Source: an uncultured Acidobacteriota bacterium
Lineage (GTDB): Bacteria > Acidobacteriota > Terriglobia > Terriglobales > Acidobacteriaceae
DNA: 64,000 bases
Direction: 5' to 3'
Assembly: GCA_963797795.1 (NCBI GenBank)
Contig: CAWCQY010000002.1
Span: 7,846-71,845 of the forward strand
This document shows positions 38,313 through 47,271 of this stretch, piece by piece. The notes beneath the pieces are model-generated. The model worked only from the letters and a program-made list of their open reading frames with translations, made no database searches and was not told the DNA's origin. The stretch's first letter is position 1, and each line of letters begins with the position of its first letter. The translations under genes and the position numbers were made by a program.

Positions 38313-40926
38313 ATGGCCATTTCTGGCAGAGCGTCGAGGCGAGCGGCATCGGAGTATTATGATCTGAGTCGCACACAATCCACGATCTTGGATAGACTCT
38401 CCGATTCCGCCATCCTGAAGAAGATCGAACGCCAGCCCAAAGGCACCGCCGGCTTCAAACAACTGGTGCGTGAATTGGGGCTGCATGGCGGCGCGCGCCA
38501 ACAACTCGCCGAGTGCTTGGAACGTCTGGTGAGCAGTGGCCAGTTGATGAGGTCGATTCGGACCGCTACGCGATTCCGAAGGCCGCCGTGAGCAAGAATG
38601 CTTTAGTCGGACGGTTGAGCATGCATCGCGACGGCTACGGTTTTGTCACTCCCGACGCTGCCACGCTCGATGCGCGGCTCAAGGCACAGCTTTCGGGAGA
38701 CATTTTCATTCCGCCGCTTGCGGTGGGCTCTGCGATGCACGGTGACCGCGTGCTGGTAGAGATCGGCACAATCCGTCCCGACGGCCGCGCCGAAGGACGC
38801 ATCGTTCGCCCGGTCGTGCGCGCACACAGCACGGTGGTCGGAATCTTTCATCACGGCAGTCAAGGGAACTACGTGACACCGATTGACCAGAAGATCTCGC
38901 AGGAGATCGTGATCCCGCCAGGCAAGGAGTACCCGGAGGAACACAGTAGCGCCGTCCCGCAGGCTGTCGCGAGGTCCGTCTCGAGGCCCAGGTCGAAGAA
39001 ATCCGTCGATCGCGTTCTGGGCGAGCAAGCCGCCCGCCGCACCGAATGGGACGACCTCGAAGGCGTAGTCGTCGATGTCGAAATCACTGACTGGCCGTCG
39101 GCCACCCAGAATCCGCGCGGAAGAGTGGTTGAGATTCTCGGCTACGAAGACGATTTCGGCGTCGATGTCGAAGTCATCATTCGCAAGTTTCACCTGCCGC
39201 ATCGTTTCCCGCCCGAAGTACTCGACCAGGCGCAAAACATCGAACCGATCATTCCGGCGCCCGAGGTCGCAGAGACGGCGCGACTTCCGCGATCTCCCGA
39301 TCGTCACTATCGACGGCGAGACCGCGCGCGACTTCGACGACGCCGTCACCGTCCGGCATGCTCGAGACGGCAACTACGAACTTCAGGTCCACATCGCCGA
39401 CGTCGCCCACTACGTCACGCCCGGCTCGGCCCTCGATCAGGAGGCGCGACTGCGCGGCACCAGCGTCTATTTTCCCGACCGCGCCGTGCCCATGCTGCCG
39501 CTCGAGCTTTCGACCGACATCTGCAGCCTGCGCCCGCAAGTGGACCGGCTGGTGCTGTCCTGCGTCATGGAGATCGACCACCGCGGCGAGATTCTCGGCT
39601 ACGAGTTGTGCGAAGGCGTCATCCGCTCGGCCGAGCGCATGACCTACACCGACGTGAATGCGGTTCTCGAAGGCGATGCCGCGCATGCGAGAACGTTATG
39701 CCCGCCTGGTGAGCACCTTTGAGATGATGCGCGATCTGGCGCTGATTCTGAATCGCAAGCGCGAGCGCCGCGGCTCCATCGATTTCGACTTGCCCGAGCC
39801 CGTGATCGAATTCGACGAATTCGGCCTGATGAAGAGCATCACCCGCTCCGAGCGCAACATCGCGCATCGCCTGATCGAAGAGTTCATGCTCTCCGCCAAC
39901 GAATGCGTGGCCGGATACCTGGAGAACAAAACGCGTCGCTTCGCTCTACCGCATTCACGAGAAGCCCGATGCCAAGCGGGTCTACGATTTCGAAGTCATC
40001 GCCGCGGCCTTCGGATATTCGCTCGGCGTCGGCGCCCTGCCCATTCAGCGCGTGCAGATTCAAATCCGACCGCCGCGCCAGCTCACGGCACCGGCAAGCG
40101 CCCGCGCGAGATCGAAATCCCGAAAGAGGTCCACATCACCCCGCGCATGTACCAGAAGTTGACCGAGAAGATCGCAGGCAAGCCGGAGGAACGAATTCTC
40201 TCTTACCTGATGTTGCGCTCGTTGAAGCAGGCGCGCTATTCGGAAGAGAACCTGGGACACTTCGCCCTGGCAGCGCCGACGCTACACGCACTTCACCTCG
40301 CCCATCCGCCGCTATCCCGACTTGATCGTCCACCGCATCCTGAAAGAGGTATTGCAGCGCCGCTCCCAATAAGCGAGGAGCGCGATCGATGCGGCGCGAG
40401 CAGCCGCGCCATCGCGCAATCGACGCCGCGCCGCCAAGACGGACACTCCCTCCCCCTGGTCCAAACGTCGCGACCACACGGCCCATCGCGAGGCGCTCGC
40501 ACCCGTCTCCGGCCCGATCTCCGCTCGAAGAGCTTCACGACATCGCCGAGGAATCCAGCCATTCCGAGCGCCGCGCCGACGAAGCCGAACGCGACCTGAT
40601 GGAATGGAAGAAGGTCAAGTTCATGGAGGACCGGGTCGGCGAAGACTTCGACGGCCTGATCATCAGCGTGACCAAGTTCGGATTCTTCGTCGAACTCACC
40701 GACCTGTTCATTGAAGGCCTGGTCCCGCTGGATTCGTTAACCGACGATCGTTACACCTATCACGAAAACACTCGTGAGATCATCGGCGCAGCGCAACCGC
40801 AAGATTTACAGCTTGGGGCAGAAGATACGGGTTCTCGTGGACCGCATCGATCCTGTCGAAAAGAAGATCCAGTGCGCCGTCGTCGAAGAGAAACCGTCGC
40901 GACCCGCAAAGCGAAAACGCTGGTAG
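38313..40926 (+). pseudogene. rnr: ribonuclease R, interrupted by about 9 frame changes and one in-frame TAA
   Basis: RNase R segments are spread over all three + frames. They are the N-terminal HTH, the cold-shock domain (LVGRLSMHRDGYGFV), RNB ([36 protein letters not shown]), S1 (GLIISVTKFGFFVEL) and the C-terminal tail KIQCAVVEEKPSRPAKRKRW, ending at TAG 40924-40926. Confidence 0.85.
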
Positions 40927-41087
40927 GCTGGCCAAGAGCCCGGCCACATCCACGGCCCGGAGCGAAGATTCGCGTTCACGTCAGCGAAAAGCAACGCCGG
41001 CCACACGAAACTGCACCCACTGGTGTAAAATTCTTAAGTCAACCCCATCCGCTGCGGCTGGAAAGAAGCAGCGGGTCTCCTGCCCGT

Positions 41088-41164
41088 CGGGACGTGGCTC
41101 AGCCTGGTAGAGCACTCGCTTGGGGTGCGAGGGGTCGGCAGTTCAAATCTGCCCGTCCCGACCA
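41088..41164 (+). tRNA. tRNA-Pro (anticodon GGG)
   Basis: Hand-folded 77-nt cloverleaf: acceptor CGGGACG/CGTCCCG, D arm GCTC-AGCCTGGTA-GAGC, anticodon arm CTCGC-TTGGGGT-GCGAG, T arm GGCAG-TTCAAAT-CTGCC, A73 and an encoded CCA. The C1:G72 pair is typical of bacterial tRNA-Pro. Confidence 0.95.
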
Positions 41165-41277
41165 ATTCACCGCATTGGACTTACGCACGACTAACTCCGT
41201 GGTCGGAGTGTAAGGCGAGTGCGCTGGGGACGCAAGCCATTTCCTTGCCAGCCCTGCTCTGGGTGCGGTTCTTGTGT

Positions 41278-41460
41278 TCAGGCTGATGCACCAGTCATAG
41301 GTGTCCGGCAGACCGCAAACCGCTCACCGCACGCCGGACACTCCATGCGTTCGAAGTCGGTGCGTCGGACTTCAGCGGGTGAAATCTTCTTTCCACATTT
41401 CGGACAGACGGCATCGAGCGATGCCTGCACCTTTGCTAGATTGATCTTTCTGGCCACCAC
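41278..41460 (-). CDS. small zinc-ribbon protein (60 aa)
   Basis: Two CxxC pairs (CPKCGKK, CPACGERF). The GTG start abuts the stop of the upstream gene. Last gene of the five-gene operon. Confidence 0.6.
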   Translation of the reverse strand: MVARKINLAKVQASLDAVCPKCGKKISPAEVRRTDFERMECPACGERFAVCRTPMTGASA

Positions 41461-41970
41461 TTATTTGGACGCCTTCTTTGCGTCGTCCTTGGCTTGACCT
41501 TTGGGAATGGGCACTAGGTTGCCGTGTCCGTCAGACACTAGCATGCAGGGGTCATTCGTTCCATCGAGGCACTCTTCGCCCAGTATCTCCAGCCCTGTTC
41601 TCCGAACGTACGTGTAAGGGTCGGCGGTGCAATTCTTCTTTATTTCATCCATGGTTGACTGCGGAATCGACTGTTCGGGTTTAGCCCACGGAGCGTCCTC
41701 CGGAGGAGGCCACTGAGCCACGCCGAAGTAGATCATCTTTATGTTTCTAGCGTTGCAGGTTGGTATTTCAGCCGCCCACTTCTTGTTGAACTCGACGAGT
41801 GCTCTCTTGTCTCGTGCATCTCGGTACGTTGTCCAGCCCCAGAACCCGCCCAGACCGAGCAAGGCTAGGACAATAACGATCCCCAGACCCATGGTGAAGC
41901 GACGCCACAGATTGTGCTTGTCGATGAAGTACATCACTGCGACGACGATGATGGCGACTCCGATAGTCAT
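41461..41970 (-). CDS. two-TM membrane protein with a Cys-containing C-terminal domain, unknown function
   Basis: ATG with an AAGGAA RBS. TM segments IGVAIIVVAVMYFI and GLGIVIVLALLGLGGFWGW. Confidence 0.65.
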   Translation of the reverse strand: MTIGVAIIVVAVMYFIDKHNLWRRFTMGLGIVIVLALLGLGGFWGWTTYRDARDKRALVEFNKKWAAEIPTCNARNIKMIYFGVAQWPPPEDAPWAKPEQSIPQSTMDEIKKNCTADPYTYVRRTGLEILGEECLDGTNDPCMLVSDGHGNLVPIPKGQAKDDAKKASK

Positions 41971-41978
41971 GGCGTTCC

Positions 41979-42440
41979 TTACTCTGCTTCTTTACGTTTC
42001 AATCGCTCAGTTGCGTACAGTATCCGAACTTCCTCCGGCAGCATATTCTTCCAATTCTCCAACCTTTCTTTAACATCCTGATAGCCACGTTCGAGAGCAT
42101 CGTTCATTTCCTGATTCATTTGCCTTTGCTCTTCGGCGGCCTTCCTAAGTTGCTCGGACAAATGCAGCACGTCTGCGGTCATCTTGTCAGCATGCTCCCG
42201 CATCTCCGCATACGCCTTTGTGATTGAGGGTGCTGTATCAGACTTCAAGGCCGCGATTTCAGCGTCCTTGATTTTGATGACCGCTTCCAACGCAGCAATC
42301 GCTGTGTCCTTGCTCTTGAGTTGCTGGGTGACGATGTTCCTGAGCCAGAGACCATAGGCGAAGAGCACTACGGCAACGACTGCGTTGAGAATGATGTTCC
42401 ACGCTTGGATTGTCATGAATTTATTCACTTTGCGTGCCAT
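41979..42440 (-). CDS. single-TM coiled-coil protein, unknown function
   Basis: N-terminal TM (WNIILNAVVAVVLFAYGLWL) followed by a heptad-like region (AIAALEAVIKIKDAEIAALK, EQLRKAAEEQRQMNQEMNDALE). Confidence 0.65.
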   Translation of the reverse strand: MARKVNKFMTIQAWNIILNAVVAVVLFAYGLWLRNIVTQQLKSKDTAIAALEAVIKIKDAEIAALKSDTAPSITKAYAEMREHADKMTADVLHLSEQLRKAAEEQRQMNQEMNDALERGYQDVKERLENWKNMLPEEVRILYATERLKRKEAE

Positions 42441-42445
42441 GGGTT

Positions 42446-42832
42446 CTACTCTTCTTTGCTGACGTACAAATAGACCTTGCGGCCATCTGCGTCTTTGCAG
42501 AGCAAATCGCTTTGTGGCAGCGGAGCCTTCAACACGTCATCTCTGCCCACGGCGCATTCGTACGTTCTAAGTGGACGCAAGGCGCAACTCGCATTAGGGT
42601 CGAGTTTGTCCAATGTGCTAAGGCCGCAGGTTGCGTGAATCTTGTGGCCGTTGTGGGTCAGGACGAAGCCCACCTCATCGTGATCGGACGCTTCGCTCAA
42701 CGGGTCTACCGGACGGCCCTGCTTGTCGAGATATTTATCTGCACGCTCGACGACCCTGTACTTGTTCTGATTGCAGGCCGTGAACGATACAGCCAGCAAG
42801 AGGACGCCCGCTGCGGTGCAGACTCTACGCAT
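42446..42832 (-). CDS. Cys-rich lipoprotein, unknown function
   Basis: Signal plus lipobox-like MRRVCTAAGVLLLAVSFTAC. It overlaps the upstream gene by 8 nt. Confidence 0.7.
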   Translation of the reverse strand: MRRVCTAAGVLLLAVSFTACNQNKYRVVERADKYLDKQGRPVDPLSEASDHDEVGFVLTHNGHKIHATCGLSTLDKLDPNASCALRPLRTYECAVGRDDVLKAPLPQSDLLCKDADGRKVYLYVSKEE

Positions 42833-43745
42833 TGGCTTGGAACGTCATCGAAAGTGTTGATTCCAAGAACACGTTCGCAAAACTCAGGCCGTTCGGCTGC
42901 TGCTCGACCTTGAAGGTGCAGTTTATGAAAGTGACGTTGTCGAGAACGAGTGGTCCACCCTTGTAAACGATCACCGCATCTCGAAAGATCACCCTTCGGA
43001 TGTACAGCGAGTCGAGAAGATAGGTCGCATCGGCCAGAACAAGGAACGATGGACCCATGGGGACCTTGGTATTCCGGTCAGGTTTGTCTATGAAATGAAC
43101 ACTAGCCGCTCGATCCTGCGGGATTGGTGGCGGCACTGTGTATGCGTGTCCGAGAGGCCCAATCGTCAGAATGTCATAGTTCGTGTGGTAGAGAACCTCA
43201 GACTCGGGCAGCGGTGCGGGCGTGGCAGGCAACGTCGCGGTGTTCTGGAATGAATGGTAGTCAAGGAAGGATAGAGCCGCGTTCCATGCGTTCGCGTTGG
43301 TCTGCGCAGCCTGAACGAACTTCGCGCCCGTGGTCTGCACCACATCGGACGGAATCTTTAACTTCTTTTTCTTCGCAGTCTCCAACACCTGCTGTGCATC
43401 CGCAACGTTCTGTGGGTTCGATGGGTCAGTGGCGTTTTGCTGAAGACGAAGACCAGCGATGAAGCCAGCATTGTCGTGAAGTTCGCCTTCTATGCTCGAC
43501 ACTCGGACGAGCAGATGGATGACGGCTCCACCTGTCGCAAGCACCGCAGCCACGATCAGTGGCGCAACAACGTGCGTCAACAGCCAAGGTTTTTCAGTAG
43601 GGGTGGCCGCGCGTCCTTTGACCTGCGCAATGTCTTGAGCGAGGTGGAAGACCCGCTTATCAATCGTCTCCAGCCGTTCGTTCGTTTTCTGCTGCTCCGC
43701 TTGGATGTTCTGGAGCATCACTATGTCGATTGATTTTTCTGCCAT
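42825..43745 (-). CDS. single-TM protein with a ~220-aa extracytoplasmic domain, unknown function
   Basis: ATG 43745 (MAEKSIDIV); the ORF track uses TTG 43829. TM segment WLLTHVVAPLIVAAVLATGGAVIHLLV. First gene of the five-gene operon. Confidence 0.6.
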   Translation of the reverse strand: MAEKSIDIVMLQNIQAEQQKTNERLETIDKRVFHLAQDIAQVKGRAATPTEKPWLLTHVVAPLIVAAVLATGGAVIHLLVRVSSIEGELHDNAGFIAGLRLQQNATDPSNPQNVADAQQVLETAKKKKLKIPSDVVQTTGAKFVQAAQTNANAWNAALSFLDYHSFQNTATLPATPAPLPESEVLYHTNYDILTIGPLGHAYTVPPPIPQDRAASVHFIDKPDRNTKVPMGPSFLVLADATYLLDSLYIRRVIFRDAVIVYKGGPLVLDNVTFINCTFKVEQQPNGLSFANVFLESTLSMTFQANA

Positions 43746-43980
43746 CGTGCGACCGTGCGGCAGCAAGGATAACACGAGTCCGCCCGGTCGCACGCACGAT
43801 CCGCGCGGGCTCTCACAGGTGGATATCAACGCAGAACTTTGGCCGTGGCGTAGAGCCTACTCCGACGTGGCGATGGAAATCCAGTCCCAACAATAGCGCT
43901 TAACGACCCGCCACCATTGGGCTATTTCCACCTTCGAAAGTTGAGCGTAACCTTCTCCGGTTGACGAAGGGAGGCACTCC

Positions 43981-44670
43981 ATGCGGTTCTGCCTCGTGAT
44001 GCTACTGCTGCTGTCTACCGAGTTCGCAAACCCACAGCAACAGAAAGAAGAACACACGTTCCCAACCAAAGACCAGATAGAACTCCTTTTCACCCAGTCG
44101 GAACGGGCCTTCGACACCTACGAGCAAACGGTGGCGCAGGAGGCGGCAGCGGGAGGCGATTTTGGGAAATCCGCGCTCAGAGACAAGGAACTGTTAGTCT
44201 CCTTCCGCGAACTTCTTGCTCGTCTAAAGAAATCTCCTGAACTCTTCAACAGTCCGGGCGGATTCCTTTTGGTGGGCAACTTGGACGACGCCAGTCGCAA
44301 CATGTCAGTGTGCATGGGGCAAGCAGGGCTGGAGGCGGGGACGGAAGAGACAGCCGGGAACTATCAAGGGGGTGAGCAATACCTGCGTCTACTGAAGGAT
44401 TGCTTGGATGACCTTGCCCATTTGCATTGGGGGCTTGGGCTTGGCTACCTGGAGACATCACAGCATGAGGCCGCCATTGTGGAGCTGCGAGCCGCAGTTG
44501 AACATTCTCAGGATGAAGCTCCAAGGTCTTCTTGCACTGTTCAACCATCTCATTGTAGCGGCGAGCGCACCAGTAAACATACCCCAGGTTTGTGTTGGCA
44601 GCACGCGAAAGCGGATCGAGGCCAACCGCATGCTTGGCCTCTTCGATGGCCTCCTCAAAACGCCCCATAG
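43981..44670 (+). CDS. secreted hypothetical protein; only ~43981-44502 looks coding
   Basis: Signal peptide MRFCLVMLLLLSTEFANPQQ. The last recognisable element is the TPR-like AHLHWGLGLGYLETSQHEAAIVELRAAVE (44416-44502). The remainder is antisense to conserved TPR repeats of the convergent gene. Confidence 0.5.
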   Translation: MRFCLVMLLLLSTEFANPQQQKEEHTFPTKDQIELLFTQSERAFDTYEQTVAQEAAAGGDFGKSALRDKELLVSFRELLARLKKSPELFNSPGGFLLVGNLDDASRNMSVCMGQAGLEAGTEETAGNYQGGEQYLRLLKDCLDDLAHLHWGLGLGYLETSQHEAAIVELRAAVEHSQDEAPRSSCTVQPSHCSGERTSKHTPGLCWQHAKADRGQPHAWPLRWPPQNAP

Positions 44671-45832
44671 CCGCCAGATCGATAGCGAGCCAATAGTGAG
44701 CGGGTTCGTAAAGTGGATCGAGTTCAATGCAACGCCGGAATTCTCTTTCAGCACCCAAGAGATCATAGTCGTAGTGTTGGACGGCCCACGCCAAGGAGGC
44801 ATGCGCCTCCGCAAGGCTGGGGTCCATTTCGAGTGCTCTCAAAGCTAACCGCTTCGCTCTCCCGCATCCTTCCTCAGGAGAGACAAAAGCAAACCAGCCG
44901 AAGAGAGAAAGGCAGTCGGCCATGCCTGCGTACGCAGCCACATAAGTGGGGTCCCTTGTAATCGCCAACTGGAAGGCTTGTATACCCTTCTGCAGCATGT
45001 CCCCGCCCCGCTTATTAAAGTAATACCGACCGCGGAGATAGTTCTCGTACGCTTCGGGATCGACGGGGTGTACCTTCTGGAAATGCGCCTTGTCATTGGG
45101 TGTCAGCTTGATCTGAATTTCTCTTGCAATGGCCTGGGCTAGTTCAGACTGCAGGCCTAAAATATCTCGCAAGTCGCGATCATAACTTTCGGCCCAGAGG
45201 TGGGCCTCATTAGGTGCGTCAATGAGCTGTGCTGTGATCCGCACCCGGTCTCCGACGCGCCACACCGTCCCTTCCACAACCGTGTCCACGTCCAGTTCCC
45301 GCGCAATCTCCCGCACAGGCTTGCGAACTCCCTTGTACTGCATCGCCGAAGTGCGTGGGACCACCCGCAGCGCCCCGATTTTGGCGAGGATGGTGATCAG
45401 CGCCTCGGTAAGTCCCTCGGCGAAATATTCCTGTTCTGGGTCGCGGGACAGATTTTCCAGGGGTAATACGGCGAGGGATTTGATCCGTCCTGCGCCGCTT
45501 CCAATTGTTCCGATGAACCGATACCCGCGTCCGGGCACGGTCTCGATGAAGCGGGGTGTGTCCGCCGAGTCGCCCACGGCCTCCCGCAGTCGTTTAATCG
45601 CACTGTGCAGGCCTTGCTCGAAATCTACAAAGGTGTCGGGAGGCCAGATGGCCTTCTGCAGTTGCTCACGGGTGATGACTTCGCCTGGATGCTCCAGCAG
45701 CATTTGCAGGATCTGGAAGGGCTGCTTCTGTAGTTTGATCTTGACGCCCGCCTTGCGCAGTTCTCCGGCGTGCAGATCAGCCTCGAACACGCCGAAGCGA
45801 ACCGCTCCTCGCGCTAAATGAAACTGTTCCAT
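44246..45832 (-). CDS. winged-helix (OmpR/CadC-type) DNA-binding protein fused to TPR repeats; the 3' ~255 nt is doubtful
   Basis: N-terminus FGVFEADLHAGELRKAGVKIKLQKQPFQILQMLLEHPGEVITREQL, then GRGYRF. TPR repeats run up to CKKTLELHPENV (about 44501). The tail is low-complexity P/S/A. Confidence 0.85.
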   Translation of the reverse strand: MEQFHLARGAVRFGVFEADLHAGELRKAGVKIKLQKQPFQILQMLLEHPGEVITREQLQKAIWPPDTFVDFEQGLHSAIKRLREAVGDSADTPRFIETVPGRGYRFIGTIGSGAGRIKSLAVLPLENLSRDPEQEYFAEGLTEALITILAKIGALRVVPRTSAMQYKGVRKPVREIARELDVDTVVEGTVWRVGDRVRITAQLIDAPNEAHLWAESYDRDLRDILGLQSELAQAIAREIQIKLTPNDKAHFQKVHPVDPEAYENYLRGRYYFNKRGGDMLQKGIQAFQLAITRDPTYVAAYAGMADCLSLFGWFAFVSPEEGCGRAKRLALRALEMDPSLAEAHASLAWAVQHYDYDLLGAEREFRRCIELDPLYEPAHYWLAIDLAAMGRFEEAIEEAKHAVGLDPLSRAANTNLGYVYWCARRYNEMVEQCKKTLELHPENVQLRLAAPQWRPHAVMSPGSQAQAPNANGQGHPSNPSVDAGIAHPLDSSRLSLPSPPPALLAPCTLTCCDWRRPSCPPKGIRPDC

Positions 45833-45991
45833 GGAGGCTCCGCATGTATTTACTTATTAGTTAATAAGGTAACTAGAAAGGTAGGTGGGTGTTGTTTTCT
45901 TCCCCTATCCATACTACCCCCCAACCTCATTGACGGGAGGAGGGAAGTAGACAGGCTTAGAGCGCCCCCCTTGGTGTTGTTGAAATGATCG

Positions 45992-46020
45992 TTGACCACG
46001 CTGGCACATCGCGTCATAAT
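45992..46020 (+). promoter_or_regulatory. sigma70-like promoter candidate for 46044-46778
   Basis: TTGACC (45992-45997), a 17-nt spacer, then CATAAT (46015-46020). This places the transcription start just upstream of ATG 46044. Confidence 0.45.
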
Positions 46021-46043
46021 GCGTGAGCCATTTGAGGAACACC

Positions 46044-46778
46044 ATGCCGCAGTCTCTACGCCGCCGTAAAGCGACTACACTTCCGGTTTCCTTGCATAAA
46101 CGTCTTGGTCAGTATGCGATAGCTGCGAGCGCGGCAGGGGTTGGAGCTTTGGCACTGGCGGTCCCTGCTGAAGGCAAGATCATCTACACTCGCATCCACA
46201 AAACAATCGCTACCGACGAGCTCTATCTTCTCGACCTCAACCATGATGGAGTTCCGGACTTCATCGTGTCAAACGTACTCTCGACCCCTTTTGGGGCTTT
46301 GGGTGTCTGCCCCAATCGTCCGATAGGCAATTGCTTGTCGCAGTCGCAGACTCAGGCAAACGAGATCTGGGGCAACCTCAAACATTCGAATTACGCCTCT
46401 GCTCTGGCCAGAAGCTTCAAGGTAGGGCCAAACGCAAAGCGCTTTGTGCCTCGTAACTACTTTATGGCAGGTTTTTCTTGTAATACTACCGGATGCCCTT
46501 CAGATAGGGGACCATGGAAAGGAAATGTGCGTGGCAAATACCTGGGCTTGAAGTTTCTCATTAAGGGCAAAGTTCACTACGGGTGGGCGCGCTTGAATGT
46601 GTCATATGTGCCTAACCAACACGGGGACCTCAGCGCCACGTTGACCGGCTATGCGTACGAAACCATCCCAAACAAACTCATTGTTACGGGCCAGAGCCAC
46701 GGGCGCGACATCGCAGTTAAACACTCTACGCTCGGGCACCTTGCGGTAGGTACATCGACCTGCGTTCGGCGCTATTGA
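46044..46778 (+). CDS. secreted hypothetical protein, 'HYGWARLNV' family (paralog of 19227-19904)
   Basis: ATG 46044 (MPQSLRRRK). The leader AAGVGALALAVPAEGKIIYT, DLNHDGVPDF, GPWKGNVRGKYLGLKFLIKGKVHYGWARLNV and ATLTGYAYETI all match the 19 kb paralog. Confidence 0.75.
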   Translation: MPQSLRRRKATTLPVSLHKRLGQYAIAASAAGVGALALAVPAEGKIIYTRIHKTIATDELYLLDLNHDGVPDFIVSNVLSTPFGALGVCPNRPIGNCLSQSQTQANEIWGNLKHSNYASALARSFKVGPNAKRFVPRNYFMAGFSCNTTGCPSDRGPWKGNVRGKYLGLKFLIKGKVHYGWARLNVSYVPNQHGDLSATLTGYAYETIPNKLIVTGQSHGRDIAVKHSTLGHLAVGTSTCVRRY

Positions 46779-47271
46779 AAGGCCGCAACCCTCGAACGCC
46801 GTACCGAAAGCTCAGGCCTCCATACGATCCGCAGTACTCCGTTAGCCGTTTAGGGTCGCCCACTTGACCCATGTCAGTCCATCGAGGTTCAACGAGTCGC
46901 CGCCTCTTACCCGGTAAGTGCGTGGAAGCACTTCCGTCACCAACGGAAGTCAGTTCCGTCGTCACCATCACCTACTCGTGGCGGGCAGAGACAATTCAAG
47001 TGGCTAACAGGAGGTACCCCGACTCGCTGCTGCGTAGATTGTGTTCCGGCGAGGATGGGTGCGATCTTGGCGCTCCTGATAATTGGGTAATTGGCTCGGA
47101 TTAGTCACCTACCATGATTTTGTTCGGCTTTTGGAACAAGACCCAAGTTTCCAGTCCACGTAGGGGTAATCGTGGTAAGTGTTTGCATTTAATTGTTGTT
47201 CAGTTTCTTCGGGGAACATCACTTCGCGTAGTCGAGATTTTTGACTTTTGCCGCTGCATTCATCCCTGTAA

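Noticed and set aside
40389-41213. 274-aa + ORF spanning the rnr 3' end and beyond
   Set aside because: Only its middle part is a genuine RNase R S1 segment. The ORF then reads straight through the tRNA-Pro(GGG) gene (GRGSAWGARGRQFKSARPD is tRNA translated), so it is not a gene.
41278-43829. Interpreting the five-gene operon as a phage lysis cassette (holin, i-spanin, o-spanin)
   Set aside because: The two-TM protein, the TM-coiled-coil protein and the lipoprotein superficially fit. However, there is no endolysin, the lipoprotein is large and lies upstream rather than nested or downstream, and no other phage genes are nearby. The idea remains unsupported speculation.
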